Below the pieces are notes generated by a model. The model was not told where the DNA came from. It did no database searches and saw only the letters and a program-made list of their open reading frames with translations. Below, piece after piece: positions 6,862 to 16,245 of a DNA stretch of 32,000 nt. Source of the DNA: Candidatus Latescibacterota bacterium (GTDB lineage Bacteria > Latescibacterota > UBA2968 > UBA8231). The translations under genes were made by a program, and so were the position numbers. The stretch covers positions 2,851,506 to 2,883,505 of the forward strand of contig CBDETY010000003.1 in the NCBI GenBank assembly GCA_965243025.1. The letters are read 5' to 3'. The first letter of the stretch is position 1. Every line of letters starts with the position of its first letter.

Positions 6862-8187
6862 TTACCCGACTTCGGCCAGCGCCCTGCCGAAGGCCTCGAT
6901 GAAACCGTCGATGTCGGCGGCCTGCGCCGGCAGCGAGACGGCGTTCATGCCGATGTTGTGGCTGAGGAAGTACCCCTGGTTCAACAGCGACAGGAACACC
7001 GGGGCGTTCAGCTCCTTGTCGATGCGGGCCAGGCTGCGGTAGCAGCGCGGCTGCTCCGCGGTGAAGTATATGCTGAACACCGATCCGTCGCGCAGGGCCA
7101 CGCCGGGGATGCCGGCGCGCTCCAGTTCCTTCCCGACCCCGGCGCAAAGCCTTTCGGTCAATCCGTTCACGTGGGCGAAAGCCTCCGGGGTCAGCTGCTC
7201 GAGGGTCGCCCTGCCGGCGGCCATCACCAGGGCGTGGCCGCTGTGGGTGCCGCTCTGGAAGACCCGCGCCGGCCCTTCGGAGTTGTCGGTCAGGTCCATG
7301 ATGTCGCGCCGGCCCCCGAACGCCCCGACCGGGAAGCCGCCGCCGACGATCTTGCCGTACGTGCTTAGGTCGGGCCGGATCCCGAACTGCTCCTGGATGC
7401 CGCCGGTGCCGACGCGGAAACCGACGATCTCGTCGCACAGGAGGATGAGACCGTGTTTTCTCGCGGTCGCCTCGACGGCGCGGATGAACTCCGGCCGCTG
7501 CGGCATGACCCCCGCCTTCGGGTCGAGCATGATGCAGGCCAGCTCGCCGGCGTGGGCGGCGACGATCCGCTCCACGGCTTCCTCGTCGTCGTAGGGGAGG
7601 ATCACCACTGCCTCGGCGGCGGCAGGGGCCATGCCCCCGGCCCCGGGCACTGCCACCGGGGCATCGGCGGGCCCGGCTTCGTCAAGGGGAGGGGCTACGC
7701 TGATCTCGACGCCGTCGTGGTTGCCGTGGTACCCGCCTTCGAACTTGGCGATCTTCGGCCTGCCGCTGAACTCCCGGGCGAGGCGCACCGCGTGCAGGGT
7801 CGCCTCGGTTCCGGAGTTGCAGAAGCGGACGCGGTCCAGGGAGGCGACGCGGCGGCACATCTCCTCGGCCATCTCGACCTCGTTCCCCATGCTCGCCCCG
7901 AGAGCTATCCCCCGATTCATCTGGCTTGCGATCGCCGCCACGACCGCGGGGTGGTTGTGCCCGAGCACCTGCGCGGTGTGGTGATTGGCGAGATCGAGGT
8001 AGCGGTGGCCGTCGACGTCCCACAGGTACTGGCCCTCGCCACGCTCCAGGGACAGGGGAAACGGCGGGTAGAAATAGGCCCCCTTCACACCGCCGGGCAT
8101 TACCTTGCGGCCGCGCTCGAACAACTCTCGCGAACGCGGGTGGGCGGCCTTGTAGCGTTCGGAAACGGATTCGAATTTGGGGTTCAA
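6862..8187 (-). CDS. Class-III PLP-dependent aminotransferase (glutamate-1-semialdehyde aminomutase-like)
   Basis: MPGGVKGAYFYPPFPL..., ANHHTAQVLGHNHP, and the HemL-like Schiff-base lysine context YGKIVGGGFPVGAFGGRRDIMD. TTG start at 8187 is preceded by AAAGAGG 4-5 nt upstream. Confidence 0.85.
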   Translation of the reverse strand: MNPKFESVSERYKAAHPRSRELFERGRKVMPGGVKGAYFYPPFPLSLERGEGQYLWDVDGHRYLDLANHHTAQVLGHNHPAVVAAIASQMNRGIALGASMGNEVEMAEEMCRRVASLDRVRFCNSGTEATLHAVRLAREFSGRPKIAKFEGGYHGNHDGVEISVAPPLDEAGPADAPVAVPGAGGMAPAAAEAVVILPYDDEEAVERIVAAHAGELACIMLDPKAGVMPQRPEFIRAVEATARKHGLILLCDEIVGFRVGTGGIQEQFGIRPDLSTYGKIVGGGFPVGAFGGRRDIMDLTDNSEGPARVFQSGTHSGHALVMAAGRATLEQLTPEAFAHVNGLTERLCAGVGKELERAGIPGVALRDGSVFSIYFTAEQPRCYRSLARIDKELNAPVFLSLLNQGYFLSHNIGMNAVSLPAQAADIDGFIEAFGRALAEVG

Positions 8188-8340
8188 GGGTCCTCTTTCT
8201 TCTTCTGTTTGGAAGCTGGCCGCGGGCGGATGTCCGGGGCCCCGGCTGCGATTCCCGGCAAGTCTATGGGATTCGCGCCGAGACTGTCAATTTGGATTGC
8301 TGCCCGCCTCGATTCACCATTCGGTGAGCGCCTGGGCGAT

Positions 8341-8392
8341 CCGCGAAGTCGAGGTGATCTTCTCACTTACTTCGCGGAACTTACTTCGCGGA
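8341..8392. promoter_or_regulatory. Inverted repeat with two alternative partners: ccgcgaagt, then a 2 x 14-bp tandem repeat acttacttcgcgga
   Basis: ccgcgaagt at 8341-8349 is the reverse complement of acttcgcgg, which occurs twice (8369-8377 and 8383-8391) inside a perfect tandem duplication at 8365-8392. The site lies in the divergent, lower-GC intergenic region. Confidence 0.4.
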
Positions 8393-8837
8393 CTGGAGGT
8401 GAAGCTGATCGGACGCGGCGTAGGGTTCGCGCGAAATTTCCAGGGAAGTAAGAGGCAAGCCGTCCCGGGTGTCCCATGCTTTCCAATCACAAACCTCATC
8501 CAAATGAAAGGATGAAAAAATGAAAGATCTTCTCATGCTCTCTGGCCCCCTGGGCTACCACCGGGGAGCGTATCTTGAGCGCAATCGAGCAGGCGGGTGA
8601 GCTTCTCACGAGCCGGACCGGTTTCGTGGGGAGTTCATCATGAACGAGAGCGGCTCGTATTGCCAATGCTACTGACTTCGGGGAGTCCCGATTAGCGTCA
8701 AAGTCGACAGCATGGTCGTAACTGACCTCGGCCATTCTCCGATCATGCAGTACTTCTGGAGTGTGGCCGAGGTTCTTTTTCATTCCTTCTTGTCCCGCTG
8801 CTTCAACACAGGGTTACAGATCAAAGGTGGAGTTCAA

Positions 8838-9746
8838 ATGCAATTCCTTTCGTTCCGAAACGCTTTTTTTATCCTGCTCCCGACGATTGCTCTCGATGCC
8901 CAGTGGTCGGACCGCGTCTATCCGATCAGGGAGCTGACCGACGAGATGCGGGCGCACATCGACATCAGGGACGGTTCGGTTGACGACTGGTCGGAGGTAC
9001 TCGGCGAACCTGCCTTGACGGCACTGGATTTCGCCACTCACCCATCCTATCCGGAGTACGACCCGTCGTCCTTCGACTTTCGCGTCTGGCTTGCCTGGCA
9101 CGATGCAGGCAACCACCTGTTCGTGGCCGCCGAGATCGTGGACGATATCTACGTAGGAATGTGGCCGGATAATCCTCCTGATTGGGCTCCCGCCGATCGT
9201 CCTCCATTTTGGCAGCCTGCCGAAGGAACCGTTCAATTGTTGGTCGACGGCGACAGGAGTGGTGGGACGGTAGTCGAAACCGGAATGGAACAGGCGCAAG
9301 CGTATTGGGCGGTTGCCGAAAACCATGAAAACGGCAGCAACGTCTTTCTGAGTTTGGTGGGTCTCGATTATCCCTGGGTGCAACAGGTACCGTACGCCGA
9401 TGGCAGCGGGAGCGTACTGGACAGTCAGCCCGTCTTCTACGCGGTCGAGTTTTACGTCACCCCGTTTGACAGGTTGATTCCGGACTCCCCGGAGAACAGC
9501 CTGGTATCCGACCTTTACGCCGGCAAAACGATAGGTTTTTCCATGGGGATTTCGGACTCTGACACGGACCCGTTAGAGGATGACCGTTATCACGCCTTGT
9601 CCGGACCTGACGACTCATGGGGAGAGGGAATTTTAGTGTCTGACCTGTGGGCGCACGGGATCCTTCTGGGTGCCGACGGCGGTACGGAGGGCACCGCGGC
9701 CGAATGGGTCACCTGGGGCCGCATCAAGGCCAGCCTGTCGGAGTAG
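8838..9746 (+). CDS. Secreted protein with a CBM9-like / DOMON-like carbohydrate-binding fold (tentative)
   Basis: GGTGGAG lies 5 nt before ATG 8838. Signal-peptide-like N-terminus MQFLSFRNAFFILLPTIALDA. FDFRVWLAWHDAGNHLFVAAEIVDDIYV and GKTIGFSMGISDSDTD resemble CBM9-type domains. The track's start at 8712 is an unlikely upstream extension. Confidence 0.6.
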   Translation: MQFLSFRNAFFILLPTIALDAQWSDRVYPIRELTDEMRAHIDIRDGSVDDWSEVLGEPALTALDFATHPSYPEYDPSSFDFRVWLAWHDAGNHLFVAAEIVDDIYVGMWPDNPPDWAPADRPPFWQPAEGTVQLLVDGDRSGGTVVETGMEQAQAYWAVAENHENGSNVFLSLVGLDYPWVQQVPYADGSGSVLDSQPVFYAVEFYVTPFDRLIPDSPENSLVSDLYAGKTIGFSMGISDSDTDPLEDDRYHALSGPDDSWGEGILVSDLWAHGILLGADGGTEGTAAEWVTWGRIKASLSE

Positions 9747-10239
9747 AGTTCCGGCCTCAACTCACCGCGGGATCTCTGAATCCACACCTCGCCGGTCAGC
9801 CTCAACGGACCCGGAACCTTCGTCCGCCACCTCGACCGCGAAGGCTCTTTCTGCACCCGCAAAAGCTCGTAGCAGGCGATCGGCCGTCGCGGCCACCCGG
9901 CCACCGGGGTGCCCTGCCTGGTTGCGCGCGCACCGGCCCCTGAGCGACGGTCCGCTTCGGCGGTAACCAACCCAGCGTCGATAAACTATCTTTGGTTCTC
10001 CCCCAAGCTTGCGGTGGACTCACAGTCCGAGACGGTCCCTGGGGCGGTCGGACCCCGGAATGCCGGGGAAATCGACGCCCCTTCCATTCCCGCCGGAGTT
10101 CGAGGCGGTGTGCCACAGGGAGGATTCCTGTCATGCGAGCCCCGGAAATCCGAATTGGCATTGACTTCCCGCTGACAGCGGTTGGCTGGAGGCCAGGCTG
10201 TTGATGAGCCGCTGCATCCCTTCACCGAGCTGATTGGAA

Positions 10240-11805
10240 ATGCGGGTCCTTATCAGACCTGGAGGAAGGCTTTATCCGGCATTCATTGCCTTTCTCGTCT
10301 CCGCCTGCTCTCTCGCACCGGGCCGGAACCCTCCGGTTCTCGATTCAATTGAAAAACTCCCCGGCGAGTTTGCGGGAAGTGAAATCGACGGTTCCCACCA
10401 ACCTGGTTCCCACCAACCTCTTGAGTGGTGGAAGGCTTTCGCCGACCCGGTCCTCGACCGGATAATCGAGGAGGTGCTCGCCTCGAACTTCGACCTCGCC
10501 GGAGCGGTCGCCCGGGTCGACCAGGCCAGGGCGCGGGAACGGATAGCGAGGGCGCCGGTGTTTCCGCTGCTCCAGCCTTCGGTCGGCGTCACCGACTTCG
10601 ACACACCGGCCAATGCGGGTATCGGCGCGCAACTGGACGAGGTTGGCCTGGGCCCGGACGCCCTGAGCGCATCCGGAATCGACATCCCCGACAGGCTCGG
10701 CCTGACCACCTGGCACATCGGCACCGAATTCGCCTACGAGCTCGATTTCTGGGGCCGCAACCGCAACGACGGGCGCGCCGCCGGAGCCGAGCGGCTGGCC
10801 TCCGAGTCCGACTACCTCGCTGCCCGCATGGGTGTGCTCGCCGAAACCGTGCGCACCTACCTGGAGATCGTCAACCTGCGCAGCCAGCGGAGGCTGGCAG
10901 GCGAAATCGTGGAAATCCTGCAGCACCGCGAGTCGCTGGCCGGGTCCCGTTACGGCCGCGGGCTGACCGATCTGACCCCCCTCCGCACGGCGCGGCGGAA
11001 CCTGCGCAACGCGCAGGCCGAGCTGCCGCAGATCGAAGCTGTGCTGGCGGATGCGGAGGGGCGGCTCCGGGTGCTCCTGGGAGGTTTCCGCGCGGAACTT
11101 GCAGACCTGATGCCGGAATCCATGAAGCCTTCCCCAACCCTCGAACCGGTTCCCGCGGGGATTCCGGCCGATCTCCTTGTGCAGCGGCCCGACGTCAGCG
11201 CCGCCAGGCAGCGGGTCGAAGCGGCGCGCTACTCGGTCGGCGCCCGCCGCGCCGAGCTGCTGCCGAGGCTGTCCCTGTCCGGCTCCATCGGGCTGCAGAG
11301 CACGGAGTCGGGTGAGTTGTTCAACCCCGACCAATGGTTCCGCAATCTCAGCCTGAACCTGCTCGGCCCCGTGTTTCAGGGGGCGCGGCTGCGCGGCAAT
11401 GTCGCCCTCGCGGAGGCCCGGCTGAACGAAGCCGCCGCGGCTTACGGGCGTTCGGTGGTGACCGCGGTAAGCGAGGTCGAAGCCGCCCTTGCGGGTCTGG
11501 AAGCGAGCCGCCGGCGCCACTCGCTGCTCGCATCCCTGGCGGAAGAGGCCCGGGCCGAATCGGCCTTGCAGGAGCAGCGGTACCTCTCCGGCGTGGGGGG
11601 CTACGAGGCTTTCCTGACCGCGGCCCACACCCTCCTAGGCGCACAGTCCGCACTGACGGCCGCGGAGCGCGACCTGGGTTATGCCCGTCTTGCCCTGCAC
11701 CGCGCGCTCGGAGGTTCGTGGACCGCTGACGAAGGGGAAACCGTCCGCCAGAGCGAAGCAGCCCCGGCCGCCCCGCCCCGTTCTCTTCCGACCTCCACGG
11801 AGTAA
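10240..11805 (+). CDS. RND efflux outer-membrane factor lipoprotein (NodT/OprM family)
   Basis: Lipobox FLVSAC, then the typical WWKAFADPVLDRIIEEVLASNFDLAGAVARVDQARA and duplicated OEP-type helical repeats. The ATG at 10240 is preferred over the TTG at 10234. Confidence 0.9.
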   Translation: MRVLIRPGGRLYPAFIAFLVSACSLAPGRNPPVLDSIEKLPGEFAGSEIDGSHQPGSHQPLEWWKAFADPVLDRIIEEVLASNFDLAGAVARVDQARARERIARAPVFPLLQPSVGVTDFDTPANAGIGAQLDEVGLGPDALSASGIDIPDRLGLTTWHIGTEFAYELDFWGRNRNDGRAAGAERLASESDYLAARMGVLAETVRTYLEIVNLRSQRRLAGEIVEILQHRESLAGSRYGRGLTDLTPLRTARRNLRNAQAELPQIEAVLADAEGRLRVLLGGFRAELADLMPESMKPSPTLEPVPAGIPADLLVQRPDVSAARQRVEAARYSVGARRAELLPRLSLSGSIGLQSTESGELFNPDQWFRNLSLNLLGPVFQGARLRGNVALAEARLNEAAAAYGRSVVTAVSEVEAALAGLEASRRRHSLLASLAEEARAESALQEQRYLSGVGGYEAFLTAAHTLLGAQSALTAAERDLGYARLALHRALGGSWTADEGETVRQSEAAPAAPPRSLPTSTE

Positions 11806-11811
11806 ACCCCC

Positions 11812-13023
11812 ATGTCCCGCATACGCAGCTTGATCGTTGCCGCCGCCATAATCGCGGTCTCCGTCGGCCTGGCGGCCTTTCTCGTTTCGCTGGCGCCGGA
11901 GCCGGCCCGCACCGAGCCGCCGCCGCCGGTCCCGTTCGCGCAGACCGGGCTGGTCAAGGCCGGGACCGGTCCCATACCGGTATTCGGAGCCGGTACGGTG
12001 AGGCCGAGCGCGGAGATCGCAATCACTCCGCAAGTCGGCGGCAAGGTCGTCTGGGTGCATCCGGGATTCCGCAGCGGGGGACGGGTCGGGAAGGGCCAGG
12101 CGATCTTCCGCATCGAGGAAGCGGAATACCAGTACCGGGTGCGGGAGGCAAAGGCCAATCTCGCCGCCCGGCGGGTGGCCCTGCTTCAGGAAGAGGAACA
12201 GGCCGCCATCGCCCGCGGCCAGTACGAGCTTTACTCCGGCAGCCGGGGAGATACGGCATCGGCCGCGGCAAATCCCCTGACTCTGAGAGAACCCCAGCTC
12301 GAAGCCGCCCGCGCCGCCATGGACCGCGACGAAGCCCGCCTTGCCGAGGCGAACCTCGCCCTGTCGCGAACCCGGGTGACGGCCCCCTTCGACGGCTTCG
12401 TGCGCGAGGAGTCCGTTGACGCGGGGCAGGTCGTGAGCCCCGGCCAGCCGGTCGGGCGGCTTTTCTCCGCCGATGCCGTGGAAGTGGTCGTGTCCCTGTC
12501 CGACGCCGACGCCGCCCTGATCCCGGGGCTGTGGCAACTCGAGGCAGGCGACGGGAACCGAAAGGTGGCCGCCCGGGTGGTCGCCCGCTACGGCGGGGAG
12601 AGCTTTTCCTGGGAAGGTTTCGTCGATCGGGGCGAGGCGTCCCTCGACGAACAGACGCGCACCATCGACGTGATCGTGCGTGTGCCGGACCCGTTTTCCG
12701 CGAGCGTTCCGGCTGGCGGGGCAGGCGTCCCCGGGGGCAACCCGCCGTTGCTGGTGGGTGAGTTCGTCGAGGTGGAAATCCAGGGCCTCGAGCTCGATGG
12801 CTACTTCGAGGTGCCGCGGGCTGCCCTGCGCGCCGGCGACGAGGTCTGGATGGTCGACGAGGGCGGAGTCGTGAGCATCGTTCCGGTACGGGTGCTGCAG
12901 CGGGCGGACGACCGGGTATTCGCGACCGGCAGCCTCGGAAGCGGCGGGGCGGTGATCACCGGCGGGATCCAGTTCGCCACCCAAGGCATGCTCGTCAGGA
13001 CCGGGGCGGACCCCTCGCCATGA
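11812..13023 (+). CDS. RND efflux periplasmic adaptor (membrane fusion protein, HlyD/AcrA family)
   Basis: N-terminal TM anchor, lipoyl-like motif ITPQVGGKVVWVHPGFRSGGRVGKGQAIFRIE and a coiled-coil hairpin. It starts 6 nt after the OMF stop, and its TGA overlaps the RND start (ATGA at 13020-13023). Confidence 0.9.
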   Translation: MSRIRSLIVAAAIIAVSVGLAAFLVSLAPEPARTEPPPPVPFAQTGLVKAGTGPIPVFGAGTVRPSAEIAITPQVGGKVVWVHPGFRSGGRVGKGQAIFRIEEAEYQYRVREAKANLAARRVALLQEEEQAAIARGQYELYSGSRGDTASAAANPLTLREPQLEAARAAMDRDEARLAEANLALSRTRVTAPFDGFVREESVDAGQVVSPGQPVGRLFSADAVEVVVSLSDADAALIPGLWQLEAGDGNRKVAARVVARYGGESFSWEGFVDRGEASLDEQTRTIDVIVRVPDPFSASVPAGGAGVPGGNPPLLVGEFVEVEIQGLELDGYFEVPRAALRAGDEVWMVDEGGVVSIVPVRVLQRADDRVFATGSLGSGGAVITGGIQFATQGMLVRTGADPSP

Positions 13024-16000
13024 GTCCCAACGACGATTTCCACGGGGAACGGCCCGGACCGCTCGCCTACATGGCGGGCAACGGCGTCGCCGCCAACCTG
13101 CTGATGTGGGCAATCATCGCCGCGGGACTGGTGTCGCTCACCGCCATCGAGCGCGAAGCCTGGCCGACCCAGTCCTTCTACCATATCGAAGTCTCCATGG
13201 CCTATCCCGGCGCCACGCCGGAGGAGATCGAGGAGTCGATCGTCGTAAAGATCGAGGACCAGGTCAGCGGGCTGGATGACGTGAAGGCGGTCAAGTCCGT
13301 AGCGGCCCCGGGCATGGCCTCGGTGCGGGTCCAGATGGATTACGACACCGACATGGCCCGGGCCCTGGACGATATCGAGTCTGCGGTCAGTCGCATACCG
13401 TCCTTCCCGGCCGGCGCCGAACGTCCGCGGTTCCGGGAGATGGACAACCGCATGAGCATTATGCGGCTCATCGTCCACGGCGACGTCTCCGAGCGCTCGC
13501 TGAAGGAACTGGCGTACCAGATCGAGGACGACCTCACCACGCTCCCCTCCGTCTCCCAGGTGGAAGTCAGCGGGGTCCGGAGCTACGAGATCTCCATCGA
13601 GGTTCCCCTTCACCGCCTGCGGGCCCTCGGACTCACGCTCACCGACATCGCCGGCACCATTCGCCGCAGTTCCCTGGACCTGTCGGCCGGCAGCATCGAT
13701 ACCCGGGAATCCCAGGTCCGGGTGCGCACCCTCGGCCAGAACTACGACCAGCAGGACTTCGAGGAGATCGTCCTTCTCAGCGGCCGTGACGGCACGGTCG
13801 TGCGCCTCGGCGATATCGCCGAGGTCCGCGACGGTTTCCAGGAAGCCGACCTGATCGTGCGGCACCAGAACCATCCCGCGGTCTTCGTCGAGGTCTACCG
13901 GGCCGGCGGCGAGCACGTGATGGACGTGGCCACCACCGTCCGCGAGCACCTGGCGAACGAGGTGATCCCGGCCCTGCCGGACGGCGTCGGCATCACCATG
14001 TGGAACGACGAATCCCAGGTCTATGAGGAACGCGCCGATCTTCTCCTCAAGAACGGGATCCTGGGCATGTTGCTGGTGCTGATCGCGCTCAGCCTGTTTC
14101 TCGAAATCCGGCTCGCGCTCTGGGTCGCCGTGGGCCTCGCCGTTTCGGGTATCGGCGCCCTCGCCGTCATGATGGCATTCGACGTGGCGATCAATACCAT
14201 CAGCCTGTTCTCCTTCGTCCTCGCCATAGGGATCGTCGTCGACGACGCCATCGTCGTGGCCGAGCACATTCGATACGAACGCCAGCGGGGAACACCCGGG
14301 GTCACGGCCGCGATCCGCGGGGTACGGCGGATAAAGGTGCCGTTGACGTTCGCAGTCCTCACGTCGGTGGTGGCCTTCGTCCCGCTGCTGTTCATCCCCG
14401 GCGGCATCGGCGACGTGTGGCGGGCCCTGCCGATCATCATGATCGCCATGCTGCTGGTTTCCCTGGTCGAATCGCTGCTGGTGCTGCCCAACCACCTGTC
14501 CCACCTGCACGGCCCGGAGTGGGTGCCGGCCAATGCCTTCGACCGGTTCTTCGCGGGGCTGCAGGGGCGCGTGGACGCGCTGCTGAACAGGTTCGTGCAA
14601 GGGCCCCTGGACCGGGCCCTGAGGTTCGCCACGGCCCAGCCCGGAGTGACGATGGCGGGGGCCGTGGGAATGCTCGTGCTGAGCATCTCCCTTTTGCCCG
14701 CCGGGATCGTTCCTACCACGCTGGCCGCTGACGTGGAGGGGGATATCGCGACGGTCGTCCTGGAGATGCCCGACGGGGCGACCGCTCCGAGGACGTACGA
14801 GGTGGCGCAGGAACTGGAGGCCGCGGGCAACCGGGTCATCGAACGACTCTCGCGCGGCCGGCCCGGGGACGCGTCGCCGCTGCTGACCGGCGTGACGGTG
14901 ACCGTCGGGCTGGGCTCGAGACTCGAGGGCGGGCTCAATCCGGAGCCCACCCTCAACCCGCAAGCCAATATCGCCACCATCGAGTTCAAGCTCCTGGGCG
15001 CCCAACAGAGAGAGATCTCCACCGGAGAGGTCGTGCAGGCATGGCGGGAGGAGGTGGGTGTGCTGCCGTACGTGCGCGGCATCACCTTCAGCAGCGAGGT
15101 CTTCGACCTGGGCAACCCTGTCGAGGCGGTGCTTTCGCATCCGCATCCGGAACTTCTCGCCGAGATCGCGGACTCGGTGGTCGAAGGCCTCCGAAGTGTG
15201 GATGGCGTCTACGACATACGTTCGGACCACACCCCGGGAATCCCGGAAGTTCAGCTCGAGCTGCTTCCGGAAGCGCGCACACTCGGTCTCACGCTCGAAG
15301 AGCTGGCCGGGCAAACGCGCGCCGCCTTCTTCGGCGCCGAGGCGGTCCGGGTGCAGCGGGGCCGCGAAGAGGTCCGGGTCTACGTGCGCCTGCCCGAAGA
15401 CGAGCGGAATTCGATCACCGACGTCGAAAGCTACCTGGTCCGCACGCCGGGCGGGGCCGAGGTCCCGGTCATGAGTGTGGCCTCCCTGAACCCGGGGGTG
15501 TCGCCGCCGGCCGTTCGACGGAAGGACGGCCAGCGCGTCGTCACGGTCACTGCGGACGTCGATGCTTCCGTGATTTCAGGCGACGAAGCCAACGACATCC
15601 TGGCCAATTCCATCCTCGCGGACCTGACCGCCCTGCACCCGGACCTGACATTCAGTTTCGGCGGGGAACAGCAACAGCAGCTCGAATCCCTGGACGCGCT
15701 GTACCGCGGGTTCGCGGTCGCCCTGATCATGATCTTCGCCCTCCTCGCCATCCCCCTCCGATCCTATACCAAGCCGTTCATAATCATGGCCGTGATCCCC
15801 TTCGGATTCATCGGAGTGATCCTGGGTCACTGGATCCTCGGAGTAGCCCTGAGCGCCGTATCCTTCATGGGGATCTTCGGCCTGAGCGGGGTGGTGGTGA
15901 ACGATTCCCTGGTCATGCTCGATTTCATCGATCAGAAACTCGGGGAAGGCGTCCCGGCAAGGACTGCGGTCGTGGAGGGAGCCAAGGGGCGCTTTCGTCC

Positions 16001-16214
16001 GATCATGCTCACTTCCCTGACTACGTTCCTCGGCTTCACGCCCCTCATCCTGGAACGCGCCATCCAGGCCCAGTTCCTGATCCCCTTTGCCGCCTCGCTC
16101 GGTTGCGGCATCCTCTTCACCACGGCCATACTCATGATGGTCGTTCCCGCGCTCTACACCATCCATCTGCGTCTGATTGCTTCGGGGCGCCGTTCCGGCA
16201 CCGGCAGCGCGTAG
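13020..16214 (+). CDS. RND efflux permease (AcrB/AcrD/AcrF superfamily, 1064 aa)
   Basis: Length and architecture are typical of 12-TM RND pumps. ACR_tran-like motifs include AIGIVVDDAIVVAEHI and GLSGVVVNDSLVMLDFI. Confidence 0.92.
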   Translation: MSPNDDFHGERPGPLAYMAGNGVAANLLMWAIIAAGLVSLTAIEREAWPTQSFYHIEVSMAYPGATPEEIEESIVVKIEDQVSGLDDVKAVKSVAAPGMASVRVQMDYDTDMARALDDIESAVSRIPSFPAGAERPRFREMDNRMSIMRLIVHGDVSERSLKELAYQIEDDLTTLPSVSQVEVSGVRSYEISIEVPLHRLRALGLTLTDIAGTIRRSSLDLSAGSIDTRESQVRVRTLGQNYDQQDFEEIVLLSGRDGTVVRLGDIAEVRDGFQEADLIVRHQNHPAVFVEVYRAGGEHVMDVATTVREHLANEVIPALPDGVGITMWNDESQVYEERADLLLKNGILGMLLVLIALSLFLEIRLALWVAVGLAVSGIGALAVMMAFDVAINTISLFSFVLAIGIVVDDAIVVAEHIRYERQRGTPGVTAAIRGVRRIKVPLTFAVLTSVVAFVPLLFIPGGIGDVWRALPIIMIAMLLVSLVESLLVLPNHLSHLHGPEWVPANAFDRFFAGLQGRVDALLNRFVQGPLDRALRFATAQPGVTMAGAVGMLVLSISLLPAGIVPTTLAADVEGDIATVVLEMPDGATAPRTYEVAQELEAAGNRVIERLSRGRPGDASPLLTGVTVTVGLGSRLEGGLNPEPTLNPQANIATIEFKLLGAQQREISTGEVVQAWREEVGVLPYVRGITFSSEVFDLGNPVEAVLSHPHPELLAEIADSVVEGLRSVDGVYDIRSDHTPGIPEVQLELLPEARTLGLTLEELAGQTRAAFFGAEAVRVQRGREEVRVYVRLPEDERNSITDVESYLVRTPGGAEVPVMSVASLNPGVSPPAVRRKDGQRVVTVTADVDASVISGDEANDILANSILADLTALHPDLTFSFGGEQQQQLESLDALYRGFAVALIMIFALLAIPLRSYTKPFIIMAVIPFGFIGVILGHWILGVALSAVSFMGIFGLSGVVVNDSLVMLDFIDQKLGEGVPARTAVVEGAKGRFRPIMLTSLTTFLGFTPLILERAIQAQFLIPFAASLGCGILFTTAILMMVVPALYTIHLRLIASGRRSGTGSA

Positions 16215-16245
16215 TGCAATTCACGATGCAGGGAGGCTGAGGCTG

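Noticed and set aside
8496-8783. The 95-aa minus-strand ORF in the lower-GC intergenic region
   Set aside because: It has no recognisable motif and no clear SD, and its codon composition is unlike all confident genes here. It could be a gene remnant or a foreign small gene, but I cannot support a call.
10345-16240. Long ORFs antisense or out of frame to the RND operon (10345-11628, 11635-13113, 12801-15314, 15041-16240 and others)
   Set aside because: All are Arg/Gly/Pro/His-rich shadows. The plus-strand frames give textbook OMF, MFP and RND sequences with coupled starts and stops.
16177-16245. The longer start (16177) for the P450 fusion, overlapping the RND gene by 38 nt
   Set aside because: ATG 16246 has a GGGAGG 9 nt upstream and begins right where GPP34 similarity starts. 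The extension encodes Arg/Ala-rich filler.
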